A program made the position numbers and the translations under genes. A stretch of 64,000 bases of DNA from an uncultured Gemmatimonadaceae bacterium (GTDB taxonomy: Bacteria; Gemmatimonadota; Gemmatimonadetes; Gemmatimonadales; Gemmatimonadaceae). Each line of letters begins with the position of its first letter. The first letter of the stretch is position 1. Positions 19,225-28,761 of the stretch are shown piece by piece. The stretch covers positions 384,001 through 448,000 of the forward strand of contig CAWFQK010000002.1 in the NCBI GenBank assembly GCA_963817955.1, given 5' to 3'. The notes beneath the pieces are model-generated. The model saw only the letters and a list, made by a program, of their open reading frames with translations, was not told the DNA's origin and made no database searches.

Positions 19225-20454
19225 ATGACGCGCGTTTTTGATGATGACCTGGGCGCAGGTTTTGGAACCCGGGCAATTCACGCCGGTCAGCGCCCCGACC
19301 CCCTGGCCGGTGCGATCATGACCCCGGTGTACCTTACATCGACGTACGTTCAGGAAGGATTGGGGCAGAACAAAGGGTACGAGTACGCCCGAGGCAAGAA
19401 CCCGACCCGTGAAGCCTTCGAGCGGAATGTGGCCGCGCTCGAGAACGGTCGCCATGGATTCGCGTTTGCGAGTGGCATGGGCTGCATTGACTCGATCATG
19501 AAGCTGTTCCGTGCCGGCGATCATATCGTCTGCGCTGAAAACGTCTACGGCGGCACATTTCGCCTGTTCGATCGGATTCTACAGCATCTCGGGCTCTCCT
19601 TCACGTACGTCGACACGCGCGATCCACAGCGCGTCGCCGATGCCATGACGCCCGCCACGCGGGCCGTGATCGTGGAGACGCCGAGCAACCCGCTCATGCG
19701 ACTCACGGACATCGCTGCCGTTGCCGACGTCGCGCACCGTCGCGATGCGATCCTCATCGTCGACAACACCTTTGCGTCGCCCTGCTTCCAGCGGCCCCTC
19801 GAGATGGGCGCGGACATCGTCTTTCACTCGACGACCAAGTACCTGAACGGGCACAGCGACATGATCGGCGGCTGCGCCATTGTCCGCGACGATGGCTTGG
19901 CTGAGCGTCTCCAGTTCATCCACAACGCGGCTGGCGCCGTGGCGGGCCCCTTCGACGCCTGGCTCGCGCTGCGCGGAACGAAAACGCTACACCTCCGCAT
20001 GCGCCAGCACGACGCCAATGGCCGGGAGATCGCCAAATGGCTGGTCGAGCAAGTGGGACACGAAAACGTGTACTACATCGGCCTGCCGACGCACCCGCAG
20101 CACGAGCTCGCCAAACGTCAGATGACAGGTTTCGGTGGCATGATCAGTGTCGAGCTTGGTTCGCGCGATCGCGCCGCGTACGTGCTCGGACGAGTTCGCA
20201 TCTTCGCGCTGGCCGAATCGTTGGGCGGCGTCGAATCGCTGATCAGCCAGCCGGCAGGTATGACGCACGCATCGGTTCCGGCCGAGCGGCGTGCCGCCAT
20301 GGGGCTCACAGACGGACTCGTCCGTCTCTCGTGTGGTGTGGAAGACGTGGCCGACCTGCTGGACGATCTGGAGCAGGCGTTCCACGGAATGCCCGAAGGT
20401 CGGACGGCGAGCGGCGAGCTACTGGCCCGCGCACGCGACACAATTCCCGTATGA
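19225..20454 (+). CDS. Cystathionine gamma-synthase/gamma-lyase family PLP enzyme
   Basis: YARGKNPTR, FASGM, ETPSNP, DNTF, HSTTKYLNGHSD, AESLGGVESL. Confidence 0.93.
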   Translation: MTRVFDDDLGAGFGTRAIHAGQRPDPLAGAIMTPVYLTSTYVQEGLGQNKGYEYARGKNPTREAFERNVAALENGRHGFAFASGMGCIDSIMKLFRAGDHIVCAENVYGGTFRLFDRILQHLGLSFTYVDTRDPQRVADAMTPATRAVIVETPSNPLMRLTDIAAVADVAHRRDAILIVDNTFASPCFQRPLEMGADIVFHSTTKYLNGHSDMIGGCAIVRDDGLAERLQFIHNAAGAVAGPFDAWLALRGTKTLHLRMRQHDANGREIAKWLVEQVGHENVYYIGLPTHPQHELAKRQMTGFGGMISVELGSRDRAAYVLGRVRIFALAESLGGVESLISQPAGMTHASVPAERRAAMGLTDGLVRLSCGVEDVADLLDDLEQAFHGMPEGRTASGELLARARDTIPV

Positions 20455-20506
20455 CGTTCGTACGGTTGTAGCGGCCAGTACGCTCACCCTCACCCCTCGG
20501 TCACTC

Positions 20507-21481
20507 ATGCCTACTCGCGTCCCGCTCGTCCAGATTTCGTCGCGCGCATGGGAGCATCCTGCGGATCGCGCGGCCCTCAACACGCTGCGCGCCATCCCGG
20601 GATTCGACGAGGTCGTGCGCAAAGTGGCCGGGTTCTTCGGCGAGCGTGGCATACGGCAACTGTTCCTCGGTGACTCGGTGAAGGTCACCGCCGGACAGCG
20701 TCCGCGCCTGAATGCCATGTGGACCGAAGTGCTGGAGACGCTCGACTGGCCTGAGCGCCCCGAGCTGTACGTGACGCAGACGCCGGTCGCCAACGCCATG
20801 GCCGTTGGCTTCGACAAGCCCTTCGTCGTTGTCCATTCCGGCTTGCTCGAGGTGCTCGACGAGGAGGAGCTACGGTCGATACTGGGACACGAGCTCGGCC
20901 ACATCATGAGCGGTCACCCGACGTATACGACCATCGCCCTGATCCTCATGTACTTCGGCCTGAGCAACCTGCCCTTCCTGGCAGCGACGGCCCTGCTTCC
21001 CTTCCAGCTGGCGCTGCTCGAGTGGCATCGCAACAGTGAGTTCTCCGCCGATCGCGCGGGACTGCTCGTCCAGCAGGACATCAATGTCGTGATGGGCGCC
21101 GCGATGAAGCTCGCCGGTGGAAAAGAGTACGGCGATGAGCTTCGCGTGGAAGAGTTCATTCGCCAGGCCGAGCAGTATGAGACCGGCGGCGGTGCGTGGG
21201 ACACGGTGCTCAAGATCATGAACACCGTGATGCGCACCCACCCCATGCACACCGTGCGCGCCGCGGAGTTGCTGCGCTGGCATCGCGCCGGCGGTGATGA
21301 CGCGATTCTCGCCGGCAATTACACGCGCCGCGATCAAGCTGGCAACGACAAGCCGCTGCGCGATGACTTCGCGGATGCAGCCGGATATTACGGCCAGAAG
21401 ACGCGCGAAACCGTCGATCAGTTCAAGGACGGGCTGAAATCCGCGAAGGACGCACTGAACACGGCCTGGCGCAATCGATGA
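20507..21481 (+). CDS. M48 family zinc metallopeptidase
   Basis: WEHPAD, GHELGH, EFSADRAG, THP. Confidence 0.9.
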   Translation: MPTRVPLVQISSRAWEHPADRAALNTLRAIPGFDEVVRKVAGFFGERGIRQLFLGDSVKVTAGQRPRLNAMWTEVLETLDWPERPELYVTQTPVANAMAVGFDKPFVVVHSGLLEVLDEEELRSILGHELGHIMSGHPTYTTIALILMYFGLSNLPFLAATALLPFQLALLEWHRNSEFSADRAGLLVQQDINVVMGAAMKLAGGKEYGDELRVEEFIRQAEQYETGGGAWDTVLKIMNTVMRTHPMHTVRAAELLRWHRAGGDDAILAGNYTRRDQAGNDKPLRDDFADAAGYYGQKTRETVDQFKDGLKSAKDALNTAWRNR

Positions 21482-22773
21482 AGGTGCTGCTCGTCGGTGG
21501 CGGCGGCCGCGAACACGCGATCGCCTGGCGCCTGCGGCAGGATGACGATTCGACACAGATCTTCGCCGCGCCGGGGAATCCGGGCATCGCCGAGTTGGCG
21601 ACGTGCGTGCCGATCGGCGTGACTGACGTCGACGCGCTGCTGGCCTTCGCGCGCCAGGAGGCGGTGGACTGGACGCTCGTGGGGCCCGAAGCACCGCTGG
21701 CTGTCGGGATTGCCGATGCGTTTCATGCGGCCGGGTTGCCGATCTTCGGACCTACCCGGAACGCCGCCAGACTGGAAACGTCCAAGGCATTTTCGAAAAC
21801 TCTCATGGCAGACGCCGGCGTTCCCACGGCGCGTGCCGTCACCTGCCGCACGCTCCAGGAGGCGCGCGCCGCTCTGGATGCGTTCGGAGCACCGGTGGTG
21901 GTCAAAGCGTCTGGGCTCGCGGCCGGCAAAGGTGTGATCGTCTGTCCAACGATGGAGGAAGCGCGCCACGCCATCGCCTCCATGCTCGAGGACAACGTGT
22001 TCGGCGAAGCCGGCGCAACGATTCTCGTCGAAGAGTTCATGGAGGGCGAGGAGCTCTCGTTGTTCGTGCTCACGGACGGCGAACGGGTCGTCGCGCTGCC
22101 GGCCGCACAGGACCACAAACGGCTGCTCGACGCCGACCGTGGCCCCAATACAGGCGGAATGGGCGCGTATTGCCCCGTCTCTCTGGCGGTCGAGTCACCC
22201 GACCTCATTGGACACGCACTCGATCGGATCGCGGGTCCGACGCTCGAGGCGATGCGCGCTCGGGGGACTCCGTTCAAGGGCCTGCTGTATATCGGCCTGA
22301 TGCTCACGGACAGCGGTCCGAAAGTGGTGGAATTCAACTGCCGGTTTGGTGATCCTGAGACGGAAGCCGTTTTGCCTGCACTGTCGTCGGATCAGTCCGT
22401 GAGTGCCCTGATGTTCGCCATCGCGCGCGGGGATCGCCTTCCAGACATCAAGCCAATTGGCACGAGTCGCGCGGCGGTAACCACGGTCGTCGCGGCAGCC
22501 GGCTACCCGGAACGGCCGCGTGCCGGTGATCCGATCACTATGCCCAGTCCGCCAACCGACGTGCTGGTCTTCCACGCGAGCACGAAGTACGCGCCCGGCG
22601 GTGGACTCGTGACGTCCGGTGGGCGGGTCCTCGCCGTCACAGGGTTGGGAACGAGCCTGGAAGACGCACAACGGCGCAGCCAGGACTTCGCGGCGCGCGT
22701 CGAGTTCACGGGAAAGCAGTTCCGCAACGATATCGGGTGGCGTGAGTTGGCTCGACGTGCCGGAGCTACCTGA
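21478..22773 (+). CDS. purD: Phosphoribosylamine--glycine ligase
   Basis: GGGGREHA, GLAAGKGV, QDHKR, GPNTGGMGAY, EFNCRFGDPE. Confidence 0.98.
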   Translation: MKVLLVGGGGREHAIAWRLRQDDDSTQIFAAPGNPGIAELATCVPIGVTDVDALLAFARQEAVDWTLVGPEAPLAVGIADAFHAAGLPIFGPTRNAARLETSKAFSKTLMADAGVPTARAVTCRTLQEARAALDAFGAPVVVKASGLAAGKGVIVCPTMEEARHAIASMLEDNVFGEAGATILVEEFMEGEELSLFVLTDGERVVALPAAQDHKRLLDADRGPNTGGMGAYCPVSLAVESPDLIGHALDRIAGPTLEAMRARGTPFKGLLYIGLMLTDSGPKVVEFNCRFGDPETEAVLPALSSDQSVSALMFAIARGDRLPDIKPIGTSRAAVTTVVAAAGYPERPRAGDPITMPSPPTDVLVFHASTKYAPGGGLVTSGGRVLAVTGLGTSLEDAQRRSQDFAARVEFTGKQFRNDIGWRELARRAGAT

Positions 22774-23584
22774 GACCGAGACGATCGCTCGCGATCTCGA
22801 TCGCGACGTAACCGGTGTCCGCATTGTCGGCGTGCGTGTCACCAAGGTCGACGTTCTTCGCGAGGTTAGCTCAGCCGAGTTGGCGCGGACCGTCTGCGGC
22901 GCCACGATCACACACTGCTGGCGCCGCGCTAAACTCGTCGTACTCGATTTGTCGACGGGTCATCGTATTGTCGTGCAGCCGCGGTTTACCGGCGCCCTGC
23001 TGATCGATTCGGGACAGCTGCCGGAGTCCGAGCTCCGCTACTCGACGCTCGCGTTCGCGTTGTCCGATGGTCGTACCCTGCACTACCGGGACATCCGCCG
23101 CCTCGGCACCGTGGCGCTCATGACACCGGAGCGATTCGCGGAATACATCGCTCCGCTCGGCATCGAACCACTTGACCGCGCATTTACCGCAGCGCATCTA
23201 TCGGTACTTCTTCGGGCGTCCCGCCAAACGATCAAAAAGGTGTTGATGGACCAGCGCATCCTGGCCGGCGTCGGCAATATCTACGCGAATGAGGCACTCT
23301 GGCGCGCCGGCATCGATCCGTCTCGATTGGCGGCGACGATCGCTCCCGACGATGTCGCCGCGCTTCGCGACGCTATCGTGGACGTCCTGACCGAATCGAT
23401 CGCGCTCCGCGGCACCAGTTTTCGGGACTACCGCGACGCGAGCGGTCGCAAAGGGGCTTTCTCGGAGCGGCTCGCCGTCTACGGCCACGCAGGCGATCCC
23501 TGCCCGCGCTGCGGCCATCGTTTGATCGGCACGCACGCGATCGACGGACGCATGACGGTGCTGTGTGCGCAGTGTCAAGAGTAA
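22757..23584 (+). CDS. mutM: Formamidopyrimidine-DNA glycosylase
   Basis: GTG start PELPETE, RRAK, GVGNIYANE, C-terminal zinc finger CPRC...CAQCQ. Confidence 0.95.
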   Translation: MPELPETETIARDLDRDVTGVRIVGVRVTKVDVLREVSSAELARTVCGATITHCWRRAKLVVLDLSTGHRIVVQPRFTGALLIDSGQLPESELRYSTLAFALSDGRTLHYRDIRRLGTVALMTPERFAEYIAPLGIEPLDRAFTAAHLSVLLRASRQTIKKVLMDQRILAGVGNIYANEALWRAGIDPSRLAATIAPDDVAALRDAIVDVLTESIALRGTSFRDYRDASGRKGAFSERLAVYGHAGDPCPRCGHRLIGTHAIDGRMTVLCAQCQE

Positions 23585-24696
23585 CCCGCATTCGCCCGCC
23601 GGCGTCTGACGAACAGCTCGCCGTGATGCGCGCGCATGTGCGCACCAACGCCACCGATCGCCCCGGCGTCTATCGGATGATCTCCGCGGACGGCGAGATC
23701 GTATACGTCGGAAAATCGAAGCAGTTGCGCTCACGCCTGCTGAGCTATTTCCGCTGTGCGTATCCCGAAGAAAAGGGCGCGCGCATCGTTCGCGAGGCGG
23801 AGCACATCGAGTGGGAGTACATGCCGAGCGAGTTCGCGGCGCTCCTCGAGGAGCTGCGGCTCATCAAGCGCTTTCGGCCGCGATTGAACGTGACCATGAA
23901 GCGTGACGGCAGGAATTATTGTTTCATCAAGTTGACCCGCGCGCCGGCGCCAAAGTTGGTGGTGGTGCGCGGACCCGGGCAAGATGATTCGGCCATCTAC
24001 TATGGTCCATTCATGGGCGCGATGGGCGTGAGTGAGGCTGTGCGCGAGCTGAACGACGTGCTCGGCCTTCGCGACTGCGCCACCGACCAGCGGATGTATT
24101 TTGCCGACCAGGCCGAACTGTTCACGAACTTTCCGCGAACGCCCGGCTGCATCCGGTTCGAGGTGAGGAAGTGTCTCGGTCCGTGCGTCGGCGGCTGCAC
24201 CGTGCGGGAGTACGACGATCGTCTGGCACTCGCGCGGGCATTTCTCGACGGCACGGATGACGGACCGATCGAGCAGCTTCGACACCAGATGGAATCGGCG
24301 AGCGGACGGCTCGAGTATGAGCGCGCCGCGGTGCTGCGCGACAAGTTGAAGCGCCTGGAATCGCTCCGCAGCCAGTTCGCGCGGCTTCGATTTGCGGTGG
24401 AGACGTTGTCGTTCGTCTACACCATTCCCGGGCACGAAGGAGACGATCGCGTCTATCTCATTCGGCGCGGCCGCGTGCGCGGCGAAACACCGCTGCCGAG
24501 GACGCCGGCCGAAGCAGCAACGCTGCTGCGGATGATCGCTGACGTGTTCACGCCCGTCGAGCACGACCGCAGCCAGATTCCGACCCACGAAATCGACGAG
24601 CTCCTGCTGCTGTCGTCCTGGTTCCGGCGATTCCCGAACGAGCTGGAACGCACGAGCGCGACCGGTGACATTGCTGCGCTGGCCGCAGCATCCTGA
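23572..24696 (+). CDS. GIY-YIG plus UVR-domain nuclease (N-terminal half of UvrC, Cho-like)
   Basis: PGVYRM...YVGKSKQLRSRL, ELRLIKRFRPRLN, YGPF, KCLGPC, YERAAVLRD; start uncertain. Confidence 0.85.
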   Translation: MSRVTRIRPPASDEQLAVMRAHVRTNATDRPGVYRMISADGEIVYVGKSKQLRSRLLSYFRCAYPEEKGARIVREAEHIEWEYMPSEFAALLEELRLIKRFRPRLNVTMKRDGRNYCFIKLTRAPAPKLVVVRGPGQDDSAIYYGPFMGAMGVSEAVRELNDVLGLRDCATDQRMYFADQAELFTNFPRTPGCIRFEVRKCLGPCVGGCTVREYDDRLALARAFLDGTDDGPIEQLRHQMESASGRLEYERAAVLRDKLKRLESLRSQFARLRFAVETLSFVYTIPGHEGDDRVYLIRRGRVRGETPLPRTPAEAATLLRMIADVFTPVEHDRSQIPTHEIDELLLLSSWFRRFPNELERTSATGDIAALAAAS

Positions 24697-24802
24697 CGTC
24701 ACGACGGCCCAGGCCACACGCTGCGTGCCGATGCTTGGCGCGCCTTCTGCATTGACGGGTCACACGCACATCCGGCGCGCGAACGATTACCCGCGGGGGC
24801 AG

Positions 24803-25021
24803 ATGTCGATCTCCTGGCAGCCAACGACACTGATTCAGTGCATCAGCACGCGCCCGTGGCTCGTGTATCCGGGCTGCGATGCGCCCGGCGGCTGCCACGA
24901 CCTCACCCTCGGCAAGATCTACGAGGTGCTCGGCATCGAGGGGAAGGGCGCATTCTATCGCGTCGTGGACGACTCGGGCGACGACTACCTATATCCCGTG
25001 TCGCACTTCCGCGTCGTCTAG
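24803..25021 (+). CDS. Small hypothetical protein (72 aa)
   Basis: Protein-like sequence DLTLGKIYEVL...YRVVDDSGDDYLYPVSHF fills the gap between genes. Confidence 0.6.
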   Translation: MSISWQPTTLIQCISTRPWLVYPGCDAPGGCHDLTLGKIYEVLGIEGKGAFYRVVDDSGDDYLYPVSHFRVV

Positions 25022-25032
25022 CGTCCCAAGCC

Positions 25033-25527
25033 TCAGATGGCCAGCTCTATCACCTCGATCGTGACGTCGCCGTCGGAGTCACGGATCGACATCCGTGCGA
25101 CACTCGGTCTGAGATCGAATCGGCGGGGTCCGGCGGCACCCGGATTCACGGTCCAGCGGCCGTCCGCCCGCGCGACGAGCGGCCGGTGGGTGTGTCCATA
25201 GACGATGATGTCGGCATCGTAACGAGCAAGGAGCTTGGCTGGCGTCGGACTTCCTACTTCATTCCCGTGGCTCACGTGAACGCGCACCCCCGCGATCTCA
25301 CGGTCGATCGCATCCGTAAGTCTCGGATTTCCCGGCACGTCGGTATTGCCGTACACCGCATAGACTGGCGCGATCAGTTCCAACTCGTCGAGAATCTGAT
25401 CGCCACCGACATCACCAGCGTGCAAGATCAACGCGACGCCGGCAAGCGCAGTGTGCACGTCTGGCCGCACGAGGCCATGGGTATCTGAAATCAGCCCGAC
25501 GACGTAGACGCCGCCGCTGTTGGTCAC
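25033..25527 (-). CDS. YfcE-like metallophosphoesterase
   Basis: SDTHG, HAGD, GNTD, GHTH, NPG. Confidence 0.92.
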   Translation of the reverse strand: MTNSGGVYVVGLISDTHGLVRPDVHTALAGVALILHAGDVGGDQILDELELIAPVYAVYGNTDVPGNPRLTDAIDREIAGVRVHVSHGNEVGSPTPAKLLARYDADIIVYGHTHRPLVARADGRWTVNPGAAGPRRFDLRPSVARMSIRDSDGDVTIEVIELAI

Positions 25528-26273
25528 CGCTTGGCGCCGCAGTGGATCGCGGCGACGCCGAGTGTGAGCGTGCGCCAGTTCACGTCGGTGAACCCGGCGC
25601 CGCGCATCCGTGCCGCCAGATCCTCCTCGATGGGGAAGTTCGCCACCGAGCGCGGCAGATAGGCGTAGGCCGTGCGATGCCCGCTGATCAGCGCGCCGAT
25701 CTGCGGCAGCAGATGATGAAAGTAGAGGTGGTATCCGGCACGAACGATTGCCGAACGTGGCGTGGTGAATTCGAGAATGACGAAGCGAGCGCCGGGCTCG
25801 AGTACGCGATACACCTCGCGCAGCCCACGGTCGAGATCGGCCACGTTGCGAATACCGAACGCCACGATTGCTCCCGACGCGCTGTTCGTCGCCAGCGGCA
25901 GATCGAGCGCATCAGCGACAACGGGCGTCACGACCGTAGCCGGGGACTTTCCCGCGCCGGCACGCAACATCGGTTCGGCAAAGTCGGCTCCAACGACCTG
26001 TCCGGCAAAGCCCGGACGCCGCGAGAGTTCGGCTGAGACGTCAAGCGTTCCGGCGCAGAGGTCCAGGTAGGTACCCCGCGGCGCTCGTTCCCAACGCATC
26101 GCGGCGATGGCTCGCCGTCGCCACCGCTTGTCGACGTTGAAGCTGAGGAGGTGATTTAAGAGGTCGTAACGCGGCGCGATCTGGGAGAAGATGCGCTGGA
26201 CGTACGCGCGCTTCGCATCGCCGCCGGCCGCCGCCGCCCGCGCCTCTGCTGATTCCAACTCACTGACAGACAT
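25524..26273 (-). CDS. ubiE: Ubiquinone/menaquinone biosynthesis C-methyltransferase (UbiE/MenG)
   Basis: IAPRYDLLNHLLS, LDLCAGT, FGIRNV, AYAYL. Confidence 0.9.
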   Translation of the reverse strand: MSVSELESAEARAAAAGGDAKRAYVQRIFSQIAPRYDLLNHLLSFNVDKRWRRRAIAAMRWERAPRGTYLDLCAGTLDVSAELSRRPGFAGQVVGADFAEPMLRAGAGKSPATVVTPVVADALDLPLATNSASGAIVAFGIRNVADLDRGLREVYRVLEPGARFVILEFTTPRSAIVRAGYHLYFHHLLPQIGALISGHRTAYAYLPRSVANFPIEEDLAARMRGAGFTDVNWRTLTLGVAAIHCGAKR

Positions 26274-26396
26274 TCATAAAGTTGCCGGTGGTGTGATGGC
26301 GAATCAAGCGGGCGGCGCTGGATTGGCGCGGCGTAGGCGCGTAGTTTGTGGGGACCGCGCGACGCGTCGCCACGACGCCCGCGCCCCACCGGCCCG

Positions 26397-27011
26397 ATGC
26401 CCCAAGCTCCAGCACTCGACCTCCTCAACCTACCGGATGCCGACGTCGTCGCGCTGGCCCAGAAAGGGCGCGACTCGGCGTTCCGTGAGTTGATTCGCCG
26501 CTACGAGCGACCAGTGTTCTCACTGATCTTTCGCATGGTGCGCGATCGCGAGCTCGCCGAGGATCTGGCGCAGGATACGTTCGTCAAAGTCCTGAACCAC
26601 ATTGACCGGTATCGGCCCGAATTCAAGTTCTCGAGCTGGCTGTTCAAGATCGGCAACAACGTGGCAATTGACCACCTGCGGCGACGACAACTCGAGACGG
26701 TCAGCATCGACGGCTCGCCGCACGCTCAGTCGGCGGAGGCCATCGAGGCGACCTCGTTCGACGTGGCCGTCGAGCAGGAGTCGGCACTCGAGGAAATCGA
26801 AGCGCGGGAACTTGGCACCGCCATCGAACGGGCGATTGCCACGCTCCGGCCAGAATATCGATCCTGCATCCTGCTCCGGCACGTCGAAGACCGGTCGTAC
26901 GAGGAGATCGCGGCCACACTCGACCTGCCACTCGGTACTGTGAAGACGTATATCCATCGCGCCCGGCACGCACTACGCGAGGCACTGGAACACGTGCGAG
27001 AGGGTGGATAG
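26397..27011 (+). CDS. ECF RNA polymerase sigma factor (SigW/RpoE-like)
   Basis: AEDLAQDTF, FSSWLFKI, SYEEIA, GTVKTYIHRAR. Confidence 0.95.
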   Translation: MPQAPALDLLNLPDADVVALAQKGRDSAFRELIRRYERPVFSLIFRMVRDRELAEDLAQDTFVKVLNHIDRYRPEFKFSSWLFKIGNNVAIDHLRRRQLETVSIDGSPHAQSAEAIEATSFDVAVEQESALEEIEARELGTAIERAIATLRPEYRSCILLRHVEDRSYEEIAATLDLPLGTVKTYIHRARHALREALEHVREGG

Positions 27012-27046
27012 CTCGACTGCCTCCCCTCCCACTGACCGCTTTCTAC

Positions 27047-27074
27047 TGAAACCATCGTCCAATTCCCTCCGTAA
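27047..27074 (+). promoter_or_regulatory. Putative ECF-sigma promoter upstream of the anti-sigma gene
   Basis: TGAAAC (27047-27052), 17 nt, CGTAA (27070-27074); GGAGA RBS before ATG 27092. Confidence 0.6.
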
Positions 27075-27091
27075 GTCCTTCCGGAGACTTC

Positions 27092-27682
27092 ATGACTCAC
27101 AGGCACCTGCTTCCAGACGAGATCGACCTACTCCTCGATGACGAGGTAGGCTTTGAGGTTAGCCCCTTGAAAGCCCATATCCGCGATTGCGCGCATTGCC
27201 GAGCCCTGGTTGATGAAGCGCGCTCCGTCGTCGACCAGCTGGAGGACATTCCTCACTTCGCGCCGACACACTCGTTCGCTGACCGCGTGATGAGCCAGGT
27301 GCCCGTGTTTGTGCCCTGGCACGTCGCGGCCCGCGAATCCGTCGCACAGTGGCTTCCCCAGTCGCGTCCGGCACGTCTTGCGATCGCGACCACGGTCGCG
27401 ACGGTCGGATCGGTTCTGACCGCCGTGATTCTCTGGGTGGCTACCCAGACCGACGTGCTCCAACTCGCCGGCGGTGCCGCCGGCGACCGCATACGTGGGT
27501 TGGTCTTGGAAGCTGGTCGCGCCGTGCTGACCGGGGTATTCGGTGACCAGATGTTTGCGGTCATTCAACGTGCCGGATCCATCGGAACAGCCACAGCGGT
27601 CCTTGGCCTCGCCGGCGCTGCCGGTGGGTCAATTGTCGGACTCAGGGCTCTCGCAGGCGTCTCCAGCCGACGTCGAGCCTAG
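27092..27682 (+). CDS. Putative membrane-bound ZAS-type anti-sigma factor
   Basis: HxxxCxxC (HIRDCAHC), two hydrophobic segments, follows ECF sigma. Confidence 0.85.
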   Translation: MTHRHLLPDEIDLLLDDEVGFEVSPLKAHIRDCAHCRALVDEARSVVDQLEDIPHFAPTHSFADRVMSQVPVFVPWHVAARESVAQWLPQSRPARLAIATTVATVGSVLTAVILWVATQTDVLQLAGGAAGDRIRGLVLEAGRAVLTGVFGDQMFAVIQRAGSIGTATAVLGLAGAAGGSIVGLRALAGVSSRRRA

Positions 27683-27687
27683 CCATC

Positions 27688-28761
27688 ATGCGCGTTCTAC
27701 TCGTTTTCGCCATGCTGGCCCTCGGCAGCTTCGGGGCGCCAGCGCAAACGCCTGTAGCAGCGGATACATCGGCGACGCATCTCGCTCAGGAGATCTCGCA
27801 GCGGCGCGCCGTCGGTGATACCTATTTGCCCGACGCCGATCACTTCACGTTCGGCAGCCGGTCCATCCCCGCTAACACGACGGTGGACGGACCGATTGCC
27901 GTCGCACGCGGCAATCTCGACGTCTATGGCACCGTGAACGGCGACGTCGTTTCGCTCGACGGCGACGTCCGTGTCCACAGAGGCGCGCGCGTTACGGGCG
28001 ACGCCTGGGCCGCCGGCGGATCCGTCATCATCGATGGCGGAATCGTTGAAGGACAGAAGCGCGTTCTCGCTACTTCCCGCCCCACGCTTCCTGCCTCGCG
28101 ACCGAGCCAGCCCCTTGGCACCTGGGACTCGATCGAGCTCGTGCTCGGCTGGCTGGCATTGCTGACGATTATCGGGCTTGGCGTCATGGTCTTCGCCGAA
28201 GCGAATCTCGACGGCGTCGTGATCGCGCTCGAGCGCGGATTCGCGCGCGCGTTCTGGATTGGCGTGGCCGGCGAGCTCGTGATGTTGCCGGCGCTCCTGG
28301 TGCTCGTAGTCGCGTTGGCGATCACCGTGCTAGGCGTTCTGCTCATCCCGTTTGCGATTGTCTCGTATGTCATCGCGGCTGCGGGGCTCGTGACACTTGG
28401 TTTCCTTGCCGTAGCGCGGCTCACCGGTGGCGCACTCGCGTCATCGCACGGCGCGACCTCCGCTCGCGGCGTACACCTGCGCGGACTGATCATTGGTCTC
28501 GTTGTCTACCTTGGCATCTGGATGGTCGCCGCGCTGTTCGCATGGAGTCCCACGGTAGGCGCCGTACTCCGTGCTGTTGCCATCGCACTGACGTGGGTGG
28601 CCGCGACAGTCGGCCTTGGTGCCGCACTGGCGTCACGCGCCGGCACCCAGCGGGCCGGCGCTGGATCGAAGCCTAAGGCGACAGACGAATACTCGTGGCA
28701 GACACCTACGCCCGTGGCCGGCGTGGCCGCGGCAACGCGGAAAGTGAGTGTTGGGCGCTAG
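27688..28761 (+). CDS. Membrane protein with bactofilin-like/polymer-forming beta-helix N-terminus
   Basis: Signal peptide, repeats GNLDVYGTVNGDVVSLDGDVRV...VTGD, several C-terminal TM helices. Confidence 0.75.
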   Translation: MRVLLVFAMLALGSFGAPAQTPVAADTSATHLAQEISQRRAVGDTYLPDADHFTFGSRSIPANTTVDGPIAVARGNLDVYGTVNGDVVSLDGDVRVHRGARVTGDAWAAGGSVIIDGGIVEGQKRVLATSRPTLPASRPSQPLGTWDSIELVLGWLALLTIIGLGVMVFAEANLDGVVIALERGFARAFWIGVAGELVMLPALLVLVVALAITVLGVLLIPFAIVSYVIAAAGLVTLGFLAVARLTGGALASSHGATSARGVHLRGLIIGLVVYLGIWMVAALFAWSPTVGAVLRAVAIALTWVAATVGLGAALASRAGTQRAGAGSKPKATDEYSWQTPTPVAGVAAATRKVSVGR

